Source: Octopus sinensis (taxonomy: Eukaryota). From it: a stretch of DNA of 64,000 nt. This document shows positions 35,786 through 48,857 of this stretch, one piece after another; position 1 is the first letter of the stretch; each line of letters opens with the position of its first letter. The notes beneath the pieces are model-generated. The model was not told where the DNA came from. It did not search any database and saw nothing but the letters and a program-made list of their open reading frames with translations. The translations under genes were made by a program, and so were the position numbers. The stretch lies in the NCBI RefSeq assembly GCF_006345805.1, contig NC_043002.1:6696001-6760000 (forward strand), given 5' to 3'.

Positions 35786-38700
35786 TAACATTATTATTAT
35801 TGTTATTTAACACTGGACAGGATGGGTTACATACAATTGTAGCATGAAACTTGCTCACACAGAAGACACGATATATACAGTGTTCATATGAATATGTATA
35901 TATTGTTCGTATCAGCACTATACTATCAGGCCTGATCGGAATATATATAATCGTTTCTAAATTTTGTCTGGAGACGTTTAGTCGATAGTACCAACTCTTG
36001 AATGCTACTTAGTTTTATCGACATCGAGAGAATGAAAATCGAGACTGATTTGAGGTGATTCGAAGTTAGAATATAAAGAGCCCGAAGAACAACTACAAGG
36101 TTTTTTTCCTCGATGCTCTACGAATTTTGCCAATGCACTGCTCTTCTGAATATAAAATAATAGCTCGATAAATAATAGTCTGCTTTTCTGGCCAATATTT
36201 TCAACCTTCGCTGAATAAAGCTAAAGATATACACATGAATATATTCGTTATATACCACGGATTCTTTCTAATACGATAAGGCATTAGCGAAATCTCTGTG
36301 CACTGGAATCGATCTCAGTGATTTGTGGTTGCAAAGCGAGCTTCTGAACCACAAAAACATGCCTGATTGTTGTATGAAATTCGCTAATGAAATTTTACCC
36401 TAAATAATTTATTTCTAAATGAATATCTTTGACTCGTGCCATTTTGTATTAATTAATATTCTTTTATTGTTTTAGTTTTTATTTCATAATTTATGCATAT
36501 CTCTTTCTATAGGTTTTAAAGTGTGCATAGTTTGTATGTACGTACGTCGTTATGTGTATATACATGTACAAGCTTATGCATGTGTGTGTGTGTGTGTGTG
36601 TGTGTGTTCGTTTGCATGTATGTGCTTATAGTTTACATGTGATCTTTGAAGGTAAATACGTGAGCGAGTGTGTATGCATGTATTTACAGAAATGCACTCT
36701 TGTAACCTTAAAATGAAAACAAAAACACCAGATTATAAAAATATATATATATAGGATATATTAAACAACCGTTCTTCCCTATTTAAAAATTACCTCTCAT
36801 AAAATTTATAGTTATGTTGAACCTGTTTCCATGTTGAATAGGCTTTTATTTATGATATTTTATTTCGTTTTATTTTCTTCTATTTTTATTTTTTTTCATG
36901 TTTTGATGTATCATTATTGTTTTCTTTTACTCAGTCTCGAAACAATATCGAAACCCTTTTTATTGAGGTTCACTGAAGCATAAGTCAGTTTCGAGTTGTA
37001 GCAACATCAAATAAGCTTCCACTGCAGGCAGGGTCCATCACTGACTTGCCCTCCTCTGAATACACAATGCTTTTGACATTTTCACTTGGAAAAAGCAGAA
37101 GAAGAGGAGAGAAAAATGAAGGGTGGGGTAAAGAAAGATAATAAAAGAGGTGGAAGTGGATGTTTATATCAGCAGAAATAACGAACTAATACATAAAGCT
37201 TGCTTAACTAGCAAAGCGGTTTCCTATTGTCTATTTGCTTTTACTAAGGTAACAATATCGCTTGCGCTTCTGAGCTATAATTAAAAATACTAATACATTA
37301 ACTTTATTATGAAACTATTTATATGTAAGAGTTCATCTCATCTGAGATAGCCTCATCAATTTTCTCTCACTATCTCTCCTTCTTTTCTGTCACTATCCTT
37401 TCTTCCATTCTTTCTCTTAATATCTCTTGTTTATTCCTGCCATGTTTTATTGTATTTCAGTGACAAACGGTCAAATATTGTGAAGGTGGATTTTGGAATC
37501 CGCACATGCTGTGCATTTTGAGCAATTCCACCCGTCATAGTAGTTTATTACTGACTAGACACAAAGGTTTTATACATCAAAAGAGAGGGAAATATGATGT
37601 TCATGCCTTTTTCAACAGCAACTGAGATATTGAGCCAATGAGCGAATATCTCTGTGTAGCCACACGACGTTTCGGAAAAAAGTGATATATTTTTACTAAA
37701 ACCACACTCTGCCGTCTTAAAAACGGGACAGATTGAGTGCAGGCCTGTAGAGTGGCTTACAGCAAAGGTAGGATTGAAGAAATAGCTGAGGCAAACTCTG
37801 GCTTAAATATTCTCGGTTACATTTCTCATTCTTTCTATATAGTGAATGTCAGCTTTATGCTTTAACATTGTTCACAGATCAATGAAATAGGTGCTAGTAA
37901 TAAACTAGGAGTTATTTCACCTCCCCAAATTAACCCGTTAAAAAAAAGAAATCTCATTATGGTTACTTGTCCATCATTTTCAGGACTGGATTTTCTTTTA
38001 TATACTGAGTTTAATTAAAGGGAAACGAAATAACACTCAGTGTATTATTGGTACATATTGTTCTGGGAAATAGAGACAAGAACTAACGTAAATATTTCTA
38101 AACTAAATGTCTCTTAAATCTCATCGTTCTTTAAAATGTAACGATAATCAGGTGTAGTCATAGAACCACTGTGTCAAAAAAAAAAAAAAACATTCTAAAT
38201 ACACTGATTGTCACATTTGGTACATCATTCCTCAAAGTTTGATCTAGTGCAGGGCTTCTCAATTTTATTTAAATTATCTATGCCCTGGAGGTTAAATAAA
38301 AATAAACTGTACTTCGCACGATGAGTTAAGAGAAAAATTAAACTGTGTTTAAATTAGCAATTAGCGCAGTAGCAGTATTTTTAACTAATGATAATTAGGT
38401 CGTCCAACTTAAAATGGATGTGTTGTCTTTAACCTTTACTGCTGACAAATATGCCCAAGATATACGCATAAACCTCTAGACTATCAACATCTGAGCGTCC
38501 AGAGATACCAAATCTTGTTGAAGATCTCTACCGGAAATCTTTCTCCTAGTACCTCTGTCGGATATCCGTACAGAACGCTCTCTCCATCATTTCCATCTCT
38601 ACCTAGCACTGACTATATCCGCTGAAATGATCATCTGCACCGGTGGGTGGCACTATCGTATCGAGTGATTTCACCGTTCTGCGAATCATCAGCAGAATTT

Positions 38701-38829
38701 TAATACAAACTATCAGGGTCGAACTTTTTGGGTGGCGTTACACTCAAGAGTAAAAACATGATAAATAGATTAATTATGTTACTGATTTTTGGGCACACAA
38801 AAACATTGGTAGCATTATATTTGAGATGG

Positions 38830-39225
38830 CATTTTCCTCGACTAAACATGATTATTAGGTTGGAGTGTCACTTGTTTAATTTCTTGTGGGAGGAGGAATG
38901 CATTGAAATGGCGAGGCGGTCAGTCTGCTGCCAGCATCCTCTGAGTGGTGGATCAGGTATGTCGTGGCTTTTGATTCGCCGACACGCTCTTAGATTGCAC
39001 CACTTGCAACTATTGCTGGACGATGAGGGTGTGTGGGCTCCCTTTATGAGACACTTCTTTCTGCAGCTCGTGTCCTTGGCGGAGCTGCACTCCTGGGTGG
39101 AGAAAAGACCGAGACCTGGACCCTGGCCGCTAGAATGATGCCAGGTGCTCACAGCCCTCTACCAGTTGGGCAATGGGATCAGTGTATGTTCCACTTTAGA
39201 AATTTATAAAGGATTAGTGGTGGGG
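38830..39225 (+). pseudogene. Tx1/L1-like ORF2 internal fragment
   Basis: RLECHLFNFLW..RRSVCCQHPLSGG.GMSWL..RHALRLHHL..VWAPF..ELHSWVEKRPRPG..FYKGLV-like; homologous to 17500-17890. Confidence 0.75.
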
Positions 39226-39241
39226 AGGAGGGGAGGTAGAG

Positions 39242-39682
39242 AGGCCTAACGTCATATCTGTTCCCATTAAATCTTTTGTTTAATTATATTGTTGTACAAC
39301 CAGCAGAAATCAAGTTGTGTTTCGTGCATTCTTCCGCGTACACCAAATGGTAATCTCTATATGTCCCACCTTCTGTATAAATCATAAAATTTCTGTTATG
39401 ATTCCTGGTGGAATTCCCTTGACTCATATTGTTGCACAATGAACAGGGCTTACCTCTCTTGCGGCTGTTTTTCAAGGTACAGTGTGCAGATAATCCAATG
39501 TTTGTTTTCTTAGAGCCAGAAATGGAGGTCGCTAGCTCTCTTATATCCTTTTTTCCGTCTAAAGGCTACACTAAGCGGCTGAGGAAATATCTGTTTGAAA
39601 TGAGGTTATTTTTTCATTAGCTTGACTTTTGTGTCCAAAAATTCAACGCTAGTTTTGGAAAAATTAGTCGTAAATTTTATGA
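39242..39682 (-). pseudogene. Penelope-like fragment (RT tip + linker CxxC + start of GIY-YIG), inverted copy
   Basis: RKRGKPCSLCNNM..GGTYRDYHLVYAEECTKHNLISAG; rc aligns to 39718-39781 and 40140-40375. Confidence 0.75.
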
Positions 39683-39717
39683 TAGACTTAAAGCCATAGT
39701 TTTTAGCATAACAGTCA

Positions 39718-40780
39718 CAGAAAATTTACGTCTAGTTTTTCAAAAACTAGCTTTGAATTTTTGGACACATAAGTTAAGTTTTCTGGAGGCAGAATAGTGA
39801 CAGAGTTATTTTGCAAGCCCACGTCATCCCACATTTATTTCTACCGCCGATTCGATCATCCACGTCATATTATTCGGTCAAATCCGAAATCCCAATTTTT
39901 GAGGATGAAATGGATTTCTACTGACATAGGGGATTACTGGAAACATGCAAATGCTTTTGTACATTATTATGTCAAACGCGGTTACAGTGAACCACGATTA
40001 AAGGAAATAGCAAATAAAATAGCAAAGATTAGCAAAGATAGTTAAACATTCACGCTTAATTGTATCAAGCACATTACAATAGATGATAGGATTCCTTGGC
40101 ACCGAAATTAAGTTATCAGCATGTGGCGAGAGAATATCCTCGTTTCAAACAGATATTTCCTCAGCTGCCTATTGTAGCCTTTAGACGGAATAAGAATATA
40201 AAGAGAATTAGTGACCTCCATTTCTGACTCCAAGAAAACAAACACTGGAGTATCTGCAGAAGGTGGGACATGTAGAGGTTCCCATTTGATGTACGCGGCA
40301 GAATGCACGAAAGACAACTTGATTTATGTTGGGTGTACAACAAAAGATTTAATGGGCACAGATATGATGTCAGGCATAATAACAGTCGTTCGACAGAAAT
40401 TGCCGAACATTTTGCTTCAAACGGCAGCAGTTTTGAAGAAGACTTGAAAGTGCATATTCTCAGAAAATATTCTGAATCTGCTTCACTTTCAATTCTCAAA
40501 ATGCATGAGGAGAAATATGTATGCGGGTTATTAACATCACGCCCTGGAGGAATGAATAAAATGACAGGGGAATATCATCAAATTTATACAAAACTGTTTG
40601 ATTAAATATTCTTTTTTCTTTTCTATTTTATTTCCTCTTTCTTTTCTGTCTTTTTCTTTTCACCTGTTATAAAATTGAAACTTAAAGACTGATGATATCC
40701 TTCCATCAACGTGTGGACGCTGGTTGCTCTCGGTCATACTTGAAATTTAAATTTCTATAATTTCGAATTTTTATCACTTC
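39718..40780 (+). pseudogene. Penelope-like element 3' part (RT thumb + GIY-YIG + 3' UTR)
   Basis: FLDT.VK..RIVTELFCKPTSSHIYF..HPRHIIRSNPKSQFLRMK..KRGYS; LMYAAECTKDNLIYVGCTT..FNGHRYDV..EIAEHF..HEEKYVCGLLTSRPGGMN. Confidence 0.85.
40682..40760 (+). ncRNA. Candidate decayed hammerhead in PLE 3' UTR
   Basis: UUAAAGA-CUGAUGA-(46 nt)-GAAA-UUUAAA-UU-UCUAUAA; stem I 6/7 paired, palindromic stem III, stem II poorly paired. Confidence 0.4.
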
Positions 40781-41210
40781 TTATTTTGAACTCGACAAAG
40801 ACAGACTTACTGTTGAAATATCGTTCGACCAATAAAATATCTATTGCAATTGCATCGCACTCTTCGTTTTGTCTGTTTACCTTTGAGTTATGTCAATCCT
40901 TTTTAAAGTATAATATCATATCATTATTATTTCTCTTTATCACAGGTTCTGTTGGAGCAACTGGAGTCTTACATGCGTAGCGGGCTTGCTACCTGCGGCA
41001 TACTGCACCATGCTATCCATTACTAATACTTTCCTGATTATTCTGGCCATGCCAAGGAGGCAAATTTTTTGTAAAGTACTCTATTGAGCACTCAGTTCCA
41101 ATTTCCTTTATATTCCTCTCTTGTTGCTTCCTGATACTGTTCCCAAGGACCCAACAATAATTGGCACTGTCTTCCCCTTCTTCATCTTCCATAGCCGAGA
41201 TATTTCGTAC

Positions 41211-41241
<31 letters not shown>

Positions 41242-41479
41242 TATTATTATTATTATCCTTTATTATCATTGTATGGCACGCTAAAAGGGCTCATTCACCT
41301 TTGGATACTATTGCAATTAGGGATTATCACAACACCAGTGAACTTCATCGATGCATTCCTGCTATGGTGATGGGTTACTAACTGCCTGATCTGCATCAAT
41401 TATGGGATGCTTTACTTAGATATGCCTAGATCCTTAATTGATCCCCTTTAATCAAATATAAAATTTATGAGTATCTATT

Positions 41480-41786
41480 TTATGCGCCCTTTTCAAGCCT
41501 ATCCAGGCTCATGGTCCCGGTTTCCCGGTTTCTATGGCGTATGTGTTCCCCCCAGCTGGACGGGACGCCAGTCCATCGCATCGTTACTCAAGAAACAGGA
41601 AGAAAGAGTGACAGACAGTTGGGGCGAAAGAGTACAACAGGGGTCGCCACCCACTTCTGCCGGAGCCTCGTAGAGCTTTAAGTGTTTTCGCTCAACAAAC
41701 ACACACAACGCCCGGTCTGGGAATCGAAACCGCGATCCTCCGACCGCGAGTCCACTGCCCAAACTTCTGGGCCATTGCGCCTCCAC
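41480..41786 (-). mobile_element. SINE family C (tail type 2)
   Basis: Same head as 30214; tail tgcgatggactggcgtcccgtccag...gaaaccggga. Confidence 0.8.
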
Positions 41787-41817
41787 ATGTATGTATGTGT
41801 ATATATACTTATATGTG

Positions 41818-41901
<84 letters not shown>

Positions 41902-42162
41902 GTTAAAGGATGAGGTAGATATGGTCCGAGCCACATATGTTTCATCGGAATTGGTAAATATCCAGGCGAGGTGTGTATCGCAGGCTATTCTTCAGGCCAA
42001 GGGTATCTTGATTAATGAAAGTTTACATTGTCGCAAGGAGGTACATATTAACATTAGGAAGATTCAATTTTATCTACTCCATTCCTTAACTCTTGCATTC
42101 TTATTCGCACACTCGGCAAATACGATGATAAAGGAATAAATGATTGTCTCATGAATTTCATT

Positions 42163-42229
42163 AGCTTACAGCTGTTTCTGCTATAAAGTGCAGCCGTTCT
42201 TGAGAAGCACTTTATAGAGTCATCGCAGC
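42163..42229 (-). ncRNA. Decayed hammerhead (core GCGAUGA)
   Basis: GCU-GCGAUGA-cu-[CUAUAAAGUGC / GCACUUUAUAG perfect 11 bp]-ca-GAAAC-AGCU-GUA-AGC. Confidence 0.55.
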
Positions 42230-42882
42230 AGCATATACGGTGCATCGTATATATTTAGGAAAAGAATGACATTTATGTATATGTATATCGAGTTCCACAC
42301 TAGGTTATTAGACTAGCAATGCCTAGGCAAAATATGTGTGTGTGTGTGTGTGTGTGTGTACAAACAATAATGTGCAGAGAGAGAAGGAAGACGGAGAGAA
42401 ATAGGAGTGTCAGCATATCATAATGACCGGGGAAAATTAACCCGTGCTTAAATTACTAATTACTATAATTAGCGTAGGACTAACACACTTGAAGTCGCGA
42501 GTAAAAACTTTAATTAATCAAAGCTCTAACTGCAATGAGGAGAAGTAAACACGTGGTGAATGTTTAAATCTACCGAAGACAGATTTTTAATGGTCCGTGT
42601 ATGAAATATGTCAACACCAGCTTACGAAAACAGCAAAACCCGACTGACTCCGTTCTGCAGTCTACATTAAAATAAAAAAAATTTGGGGGGTTGTTTCCCT
42701 TTTTCTTTTTTACCAGAGTTAATCCATTATGTTATCTTTCTTCCTCCTACCGGTGTCGTATTGATTAAAAATAATTCGACTAGCAATATTATCATCCACT
42801 TAACAATTTGTAATGCATACATGATATGGCTGTTGAATACATTTGATTACATGTATAAGATAAATAAGATAAATAGACAGAC

Positions 42883-42953
<71 letters not shown>

Positions 42954-42970
42954 CAGACGGATAGATAGAT

Positions 42971-44043
42971 AAGTTTCTTTATTGGCCACACAGGGCTGCA
43001 CACAGATGGGACAAGTTACCAGGTAGAGCTTTTCTTTTGGGGGATGAAGAGAAAACAAAACAAAAAAAAAACAAAGGGGGTGGCGTAGGTTTTCGATCAA
43101 GAGGGATCGTAAAAGGGAAGAAAAGAACAAAAACAAAAAAAAATTGAATAAATAAAAAGAATATAAAAGAAAAAAAAGAAAAGGAAAGGAACAAAAGAAA
43201 AGAGAAATGAAAAAAGAAGAAAAAAGGGAAAAAAGGGGAGAGGAAAAAAAAGAACGATCATAGGGATCGTGTATCACAGTGTTATGATATATGGTGTAAA
43301 GGGAAAGCAAGTAAGGTTTATCCGTGGGAAGAAAGGCTACGAAAAAGACCACGGTAACCTTGGTCAAATTGTTATATGTTACCACATTTGTTTGCAAGTG
43401 GGTAACCCTCTGTTTCAATTCTGGGTTCATAGGATTATGCTCAAGTGGCTTCGTCATTCATACGTGCCATCCTTGCTACATTCACCCATCTTTTTTTAAA
43501 ACATTCGCTAGACAAAACTGCCTCTCTACTCTTTTCCTTTTCAAGTGGTGGTACTTGAAGAAGTTGATGAGAGATTGACCAGAGAGGAAAGTGTTTGTCT
43601 CCAATCCTTTCAGACGCGTCCACCAGATACATTCTTTCGCCATAGCCACAAGGATGATGAAAATAGCTCTCCTTCCCGTTTGAAGGAAGGAGGCGTGACA
43701 AATATGACGATAGACTCAGCTGATAAACCGACTCGTCCCACACGTGACAGCAGTTGTTCGACATAAGCCCACAGGTCGGAAATTGTTGGACACTGAACGA
43801 GTGCGTGCAGAACGGTTTCGTCGCTCTGACCGCATCTCGGGCAGGTCGGCCCCGTGTTTCTCGAGCCGTGTCTGTAGAGCTTATCCCGAACGGGTAGCGC
43901 TTCTCGGTAGCACTGCCAGGCCAGGGATCTCTGGAAGTTGTCCATGGGCCCTGGCCCGAAATTCGTCCTGAACAGGCGGGTCAGGTACTCCTCGTCGACG
44001 TCCAGGTTCGCCCCGAGCTCGTCGTCGTACCTCCCCTCCACTA
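42971..44043 (-). mobile_element. Tx1/L1-clade LINE 3' portion with zf-RVT/CCHC domain, embedded in (TCTA)n
   Basis: [56 protein letters not shown]; (TAGA)n at 42873-42970 and 44044-44396. Confidence 0.9.
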
Positions 44044-44132
<89 letters not shown>

Positions 44133-44146
44133 CAGATAGACAGACG

Positions 44147-44215
<69 letters not shown>

Positions 44216-44242
44216 ATAGATGGATAGATAGATAGATAAATG

Positions 44243-44299
<57 letters not shown>

Positions 44300-44313
44300 A
44301 TGGATAGATAGAC

Positions 44314-44396
<83 letters not shown>

Positions 44397-45574
44397 ATAC
44401 ATATAGAGAAAAATAAGAATGTAGGTATAGTGTGAGATTCGAAAGAAACCAAAACTTTGTTGGTAGCAAAAGTGAGCGAGCGAGCAATTCACTAAAATAA
44501 AGAGAGAAAAACAGAGAGAGAGAGAGGGTGTGATTATGGAATAATGAGAGAGTTACAAATTGAAAAAGAAAGACGATAAATGGAAAACTGAAAGAGTTAA
44601 AATGACAACCGAGTTTGCAAACATAAATGAATACACCTAACTATCCGCGAGTAAAATTTGATCATGCATTGACACATGTATATGGTGGTGAGGGGAAAAG
44701 GTTTTCGTGCATATGTATGCAGTGGCCCATGCATATAAATGCACGTCTCCTCTTCTTGCAACATCCGATGACTTATCCCAAAGAAATGCCACCGACCTTA
44801 CACACCTTGGCACTAGTCTTGAAGAAGGCGCTACTGTCAGAACGAAACAGCCCGGCTTGTAACAGTTTCGTCATTTACTTTCCTGGACTTACTTTTCATC
44901 GACCACAAAAGGATGAAAAGCAAAGCTGACCTCGACTGGTTTTCAACTCAGCGCTCAGAAATTTGGAACAAATACTTCGAGGTATTCTAGCCAACGTCTT
45001 AATGACCCTACCACGTCACAACCAGTAATAAGTTACATATAAGAGATCAAAATAATCAACTAATTAATATATGCACGGGCAAGAAAGTAAAGTCTTAACG
45101 AGCGAACTTACAATTACAGGCATTGCATCCATGACCATCGCATCAATTTTCACTCATTGTTCACCTTAGACCAGTGATACACAAACTATTTATGAAGGTG
45201 GTTGACAAATTTTCTGGGAAAACTTCATAGATTACCGAGTATAAATTTACTTCTTAATCAATTTATGCATCAGCAGAGCACATAGATTTCTTTAAAATAT
45301 GAAATTACCCTTGTATTATATAAGGGACGTGTAAAATTACTTTTATTGATTTAGATTTTAAAATATCTAATGTAAAAAAAGCAATCCACTTCCTTGGTCC
45401 AATGAAGCTCGCCGTGTATTCAAGAGTCTTCCCATATTGAAAGTCAGTCAGACAGTCAGGCCGCAATTTCTAATATACCGGACAACCATGTAAAGGTTTA
45501 CTTTTTGGCTCGAGGTAGGTTTGAGTTTGTTACTGTTGCTGTGGGATACACAAACACACACGCATATATATACG

Positions 45575-45735
45575 ATATGCTTCTTTTAGTTTCTGTCTAC
45601 CAAATCCATTGACAAGGGTTTGGTCGGCCCAAGACTATAGTAGAAGACACTTGCCCAAGGTGGCACACAGTGGGACTGAACCAGAGACCATGTGGTTGGT
45701 AAATAAGCTACTTACCACACAGCCACCCCTGCGCA
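45575..45735 (-). mobile_element. SINE family A head and body
   Basis: rc gtggctgtgtggtaagtagcttatttaccaaccacatggtctctggttcagtcccactgtgtgccaccttgggcaagtgtcttctactatag. Confidence 0.8.
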
Positions 45736-45739
45736 TATA

Positions 45740-45856
45740 TGTGTGCATAATTATATATATATATATTATATATATATATATAATATATATATATATATAT
45801 AATTATATAATATATATTATATATTATTTATATATATATATATTTATATATATATA

Positions 45857-45915
<59 letters not shown>

Positions 45916-45969
45916 TATATATATATATATATATTTATATTATATATATATATTATATTATATTATATA

Positions 45970-46049
<80 letters not shown>

Positions 46050-46201
46050 ATCCCACGAATATCGCGGTTACCTATCGCGTCTCCTCAGTATTTCGTGGGT
46101 TTCTGCGGCCAACATATATATATATATATATATATTGATTTATATATATATATATTTATATATATATATTTATTATATATATATAGATATAATATATATA
46201 T

Positions 46202-46234
<33 letters not shown>

Positions 46235-46315
46235 ATATATAATATATATAATATTATATATATTATATATAATATATTTATATATATATATATATTATAT
46301 ATATATTTATATATA

Positions 46316-46409
<94 letters not shown>

Positions 46410-46418
46410 ATATATATA
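45740..46418. repeat. Very long degenerate (TA)n array interrupted at 46025-46093
   Basis: Direct reading. Confidence 0.95.
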
Positions 46419-47052
46419 GTAATCCCACGCTATATCGCGGTTCACCTATCGCGTCTCCTCAGTATTTCGTGGGTTTCTGCGGCCAACAGGTATTTATATT
46501 TTTTTAAAGATTTAGATTAATACTTTGATAAAATAAGCATTTTCACGCCTAAGAATTAATAAATAAAAATAGAGTACTGTAATGCAATGTATAACACATT
46601 AATTAAATATATATTCTTTCTTTTTTGGAGGGGCGGCCAGACGATTAGATCGACCCTAGAACGAAACTGGTATTTAATTTATCGACCCCGAAAGGATAAT
46701 AGGCAAAGTCGGCCTCGGCTTAACTTGATCTCAGAACGTAAAGACAGACGAAATACAGCTAAGCATTTCGCCTTATTAAATTTGAATATATTCAAAGAAA
46801 TACCGCCTCATTAATTAAGATATATTAAAAGAAAATACGTAGTGTACCGTATATGGGTAAATAAAGAATCGCACATACTGTATGGAAAACGACGAAACTC
46901 AGGAGACGAGCGTGTGGTATTGCTTTGCATTTATGATAAAATAAATATATATAAATTATAAAAATGATAAAAAATATATACACTACTGTTTCCAATTCGT
47001 GGATTTTCCCCTATCGCGGGAGGCCTTGGAACGTAAGACCTACGATTACTGT
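46417..47052 (+). mobile_element. pogo/Tigger-like MITE with a nested SINE B-Meta fragment (46630-46775)
   Basis: Left end ta-gtaatcccacgctatatcgcggttcacctatcgcg, right end ...atcgcgggagg...gattactg-ta; TA flanks. Confidence 0.55.
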
Positions 47053-47081
47053 ATATATATATATATATATATCTATATATA

Positions 47082-47265
47082 ACGGGAAGCTTTACGAAAA
47101 TAAACAAAAGACGAAGGCAGGTGGAGTACAAACAAACAATGTATTAGTATGGCGCTCAGGAATAGAAATAAAACAACTCTTTTACGTTTCGAGCCTACGC
47201 TCTTCAACAGAAAGAAACACAGAAAAGAAACACGGAGAGAAACAAGGAGAGAAAAAAAAAATGCG
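47082..47265 (-). mobile_element. Family A short PLE-related element with hammerhead
   Basis: Colinear with 15450-15615. Confidence 0.8.
47178..47215 (-). ncRNA. Minimal hammerhead, variant core CUGUUGA
   Basis: UCUUU-CUGUUGA-A-GAGC(GUAG)GCUC-GAAAC-GUA-AAAGA. Confidence 0.7.
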
Positions 47266-47537
47266 CGCAGGAGCTAACGATTCAACATGGCGGTCTGATT
47301 TCGGCCAGAAGTCAGAGATCAGACGTTAGACGCAAGGTGAGTGTGTGTGTGTGTGTTTGTGTGTATTGGAACTCGCACACAAGGTACAAGAAAGTTATAT
47401 ATACACCATTCTGCTTAAATAATGGAATGGAACTGTAAATACAATATCCTTACATATCTCACTTCTGTTTTCATTCCTCCGCTTCTCCCTGTATTTCATA
47501 TCTTCTCTACAACAATTATTACTTAAATATTTCTCGC

Positions 47538-47590
47538 AACGTCTCTGATGAAGGGATATATAAAATATCCCGGAAACAGCTGTAAATGTT
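47538..47590 (+). ncRNA. Type-I hammerhead ribozyme, canonical core
   Basis: AACGUCU-CUGAUGA-A-GGGAUAU(AUAAA)AUAUCCC-G-GAAAC-AGCU-GUA-AAUGUU; palindromic stem III ACAGCUGU. Confidence 0.8.
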
Positions 47591-47760
47591 CCGAAAACTA
47601 TTCACAGCCTTGCATTTTTTTTATCTCATTCTATCAATTTTGACACACATATATATATGTATATACATATCGTTTCTATATTTGCTTTGCAAGATTCTGC
47701 ATGTGAATTCGTGTGTTGAAGTAAATCTTATTATTTTGGGAGAGCAATTGTGTGTGTAGT

Positions 47761-47798
<38 letters not shown>

Positions 47799-48434
47799 AT
47801 AATGATTTTGCAAAGAGATACAACCAATTGTTAGAACTCAATACACATATGCTTTTGAGTGAAGCCCAAATATATACATTCAGAGAGAAAGAATGACAGA
47901 CCGAGAGAAAGAATGAAACAAAGGAAGAAAGAAAGAAAAGAAGAAAGAAAGAAAGAGGCGCATTATTGTGTTTGTACTTTAAGGCACAGTATACAAGTTT
48001 TCGTAACTAATCATATCGTTAACAGGGAAAGAATTTTCATTTAGCTCTTGTCATTTAACGTATTTCACAAAAATTTACCCCTTCCTTGCAATCAGGCACC
48101 TAATACCTTTTTTTCTCCCACACTGTTTATACACCTATAAGCATGTGAGTAGCTGCAATCTCTTTCTCTCTCTCTTTCTTTCTCTCTCTCTCTCTCGTTC
48201 TCTCTCACTCTCCCTCTCTTTATCTCCCACCGTGTGTATGTATGTCTATATGAACATTTATCTGTTTGTGTATGTATGATGTCTATGTGTGTGTGCCTCT
48301 CCCTCTCTATATACATGTGTGTGTGTATGTGTGTGTGTGTGTATGTGTGTGTGTGTGTATTTGTGTGTGTGTGGGGGGCAGAATTGGGTTCGTATGTTAG
48401 TATGTACGTATGAGTGTATTTAATCTATTTTTTT

Positions 48435-48815
48435 TACTTCTTTCAGTCATTAAACTGCCGCCATGCAAAGGCCTCGCCTTGAAAAATTTTAGTCAACCAA
48501 ATCGACCACAATATTTATTTTTTTAAAGCCTGATACTTTATCGGCTTCTTATGCTGAACCGTTAAGTTAAGTGGACATAAACATAACAACATCGGTTGTC
48601 AAGTAGTGGGAAGGGGAAAAATTGGAAAGAAAGACAGAGATACATCTAGATAAATATACGACAGGCTTCTTTCAGTTTCCATCTGCCAAATCCACTGACA
48701 TTTCTTTAGTCAGCCCAAGGCTGTAGTAGAAACACTTGCCCATGGTATCACGAAGTGGGACTGAACCCGGAACCATGGAGTTGAGAAGCAAATTCATTAC
48801 CACACAGCCACTCCT
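48435..48815 (-). mobile_element. SINE family A, near full length
   Basis: Tail ttcagtcattaaactgccgccatgc, head cattaccacacagccactcc. Confidence 0.8.
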
Positions 48816-48857
48816 CCTGCTGCATATATGTGTATATATGTCTTATATGTATATAAA

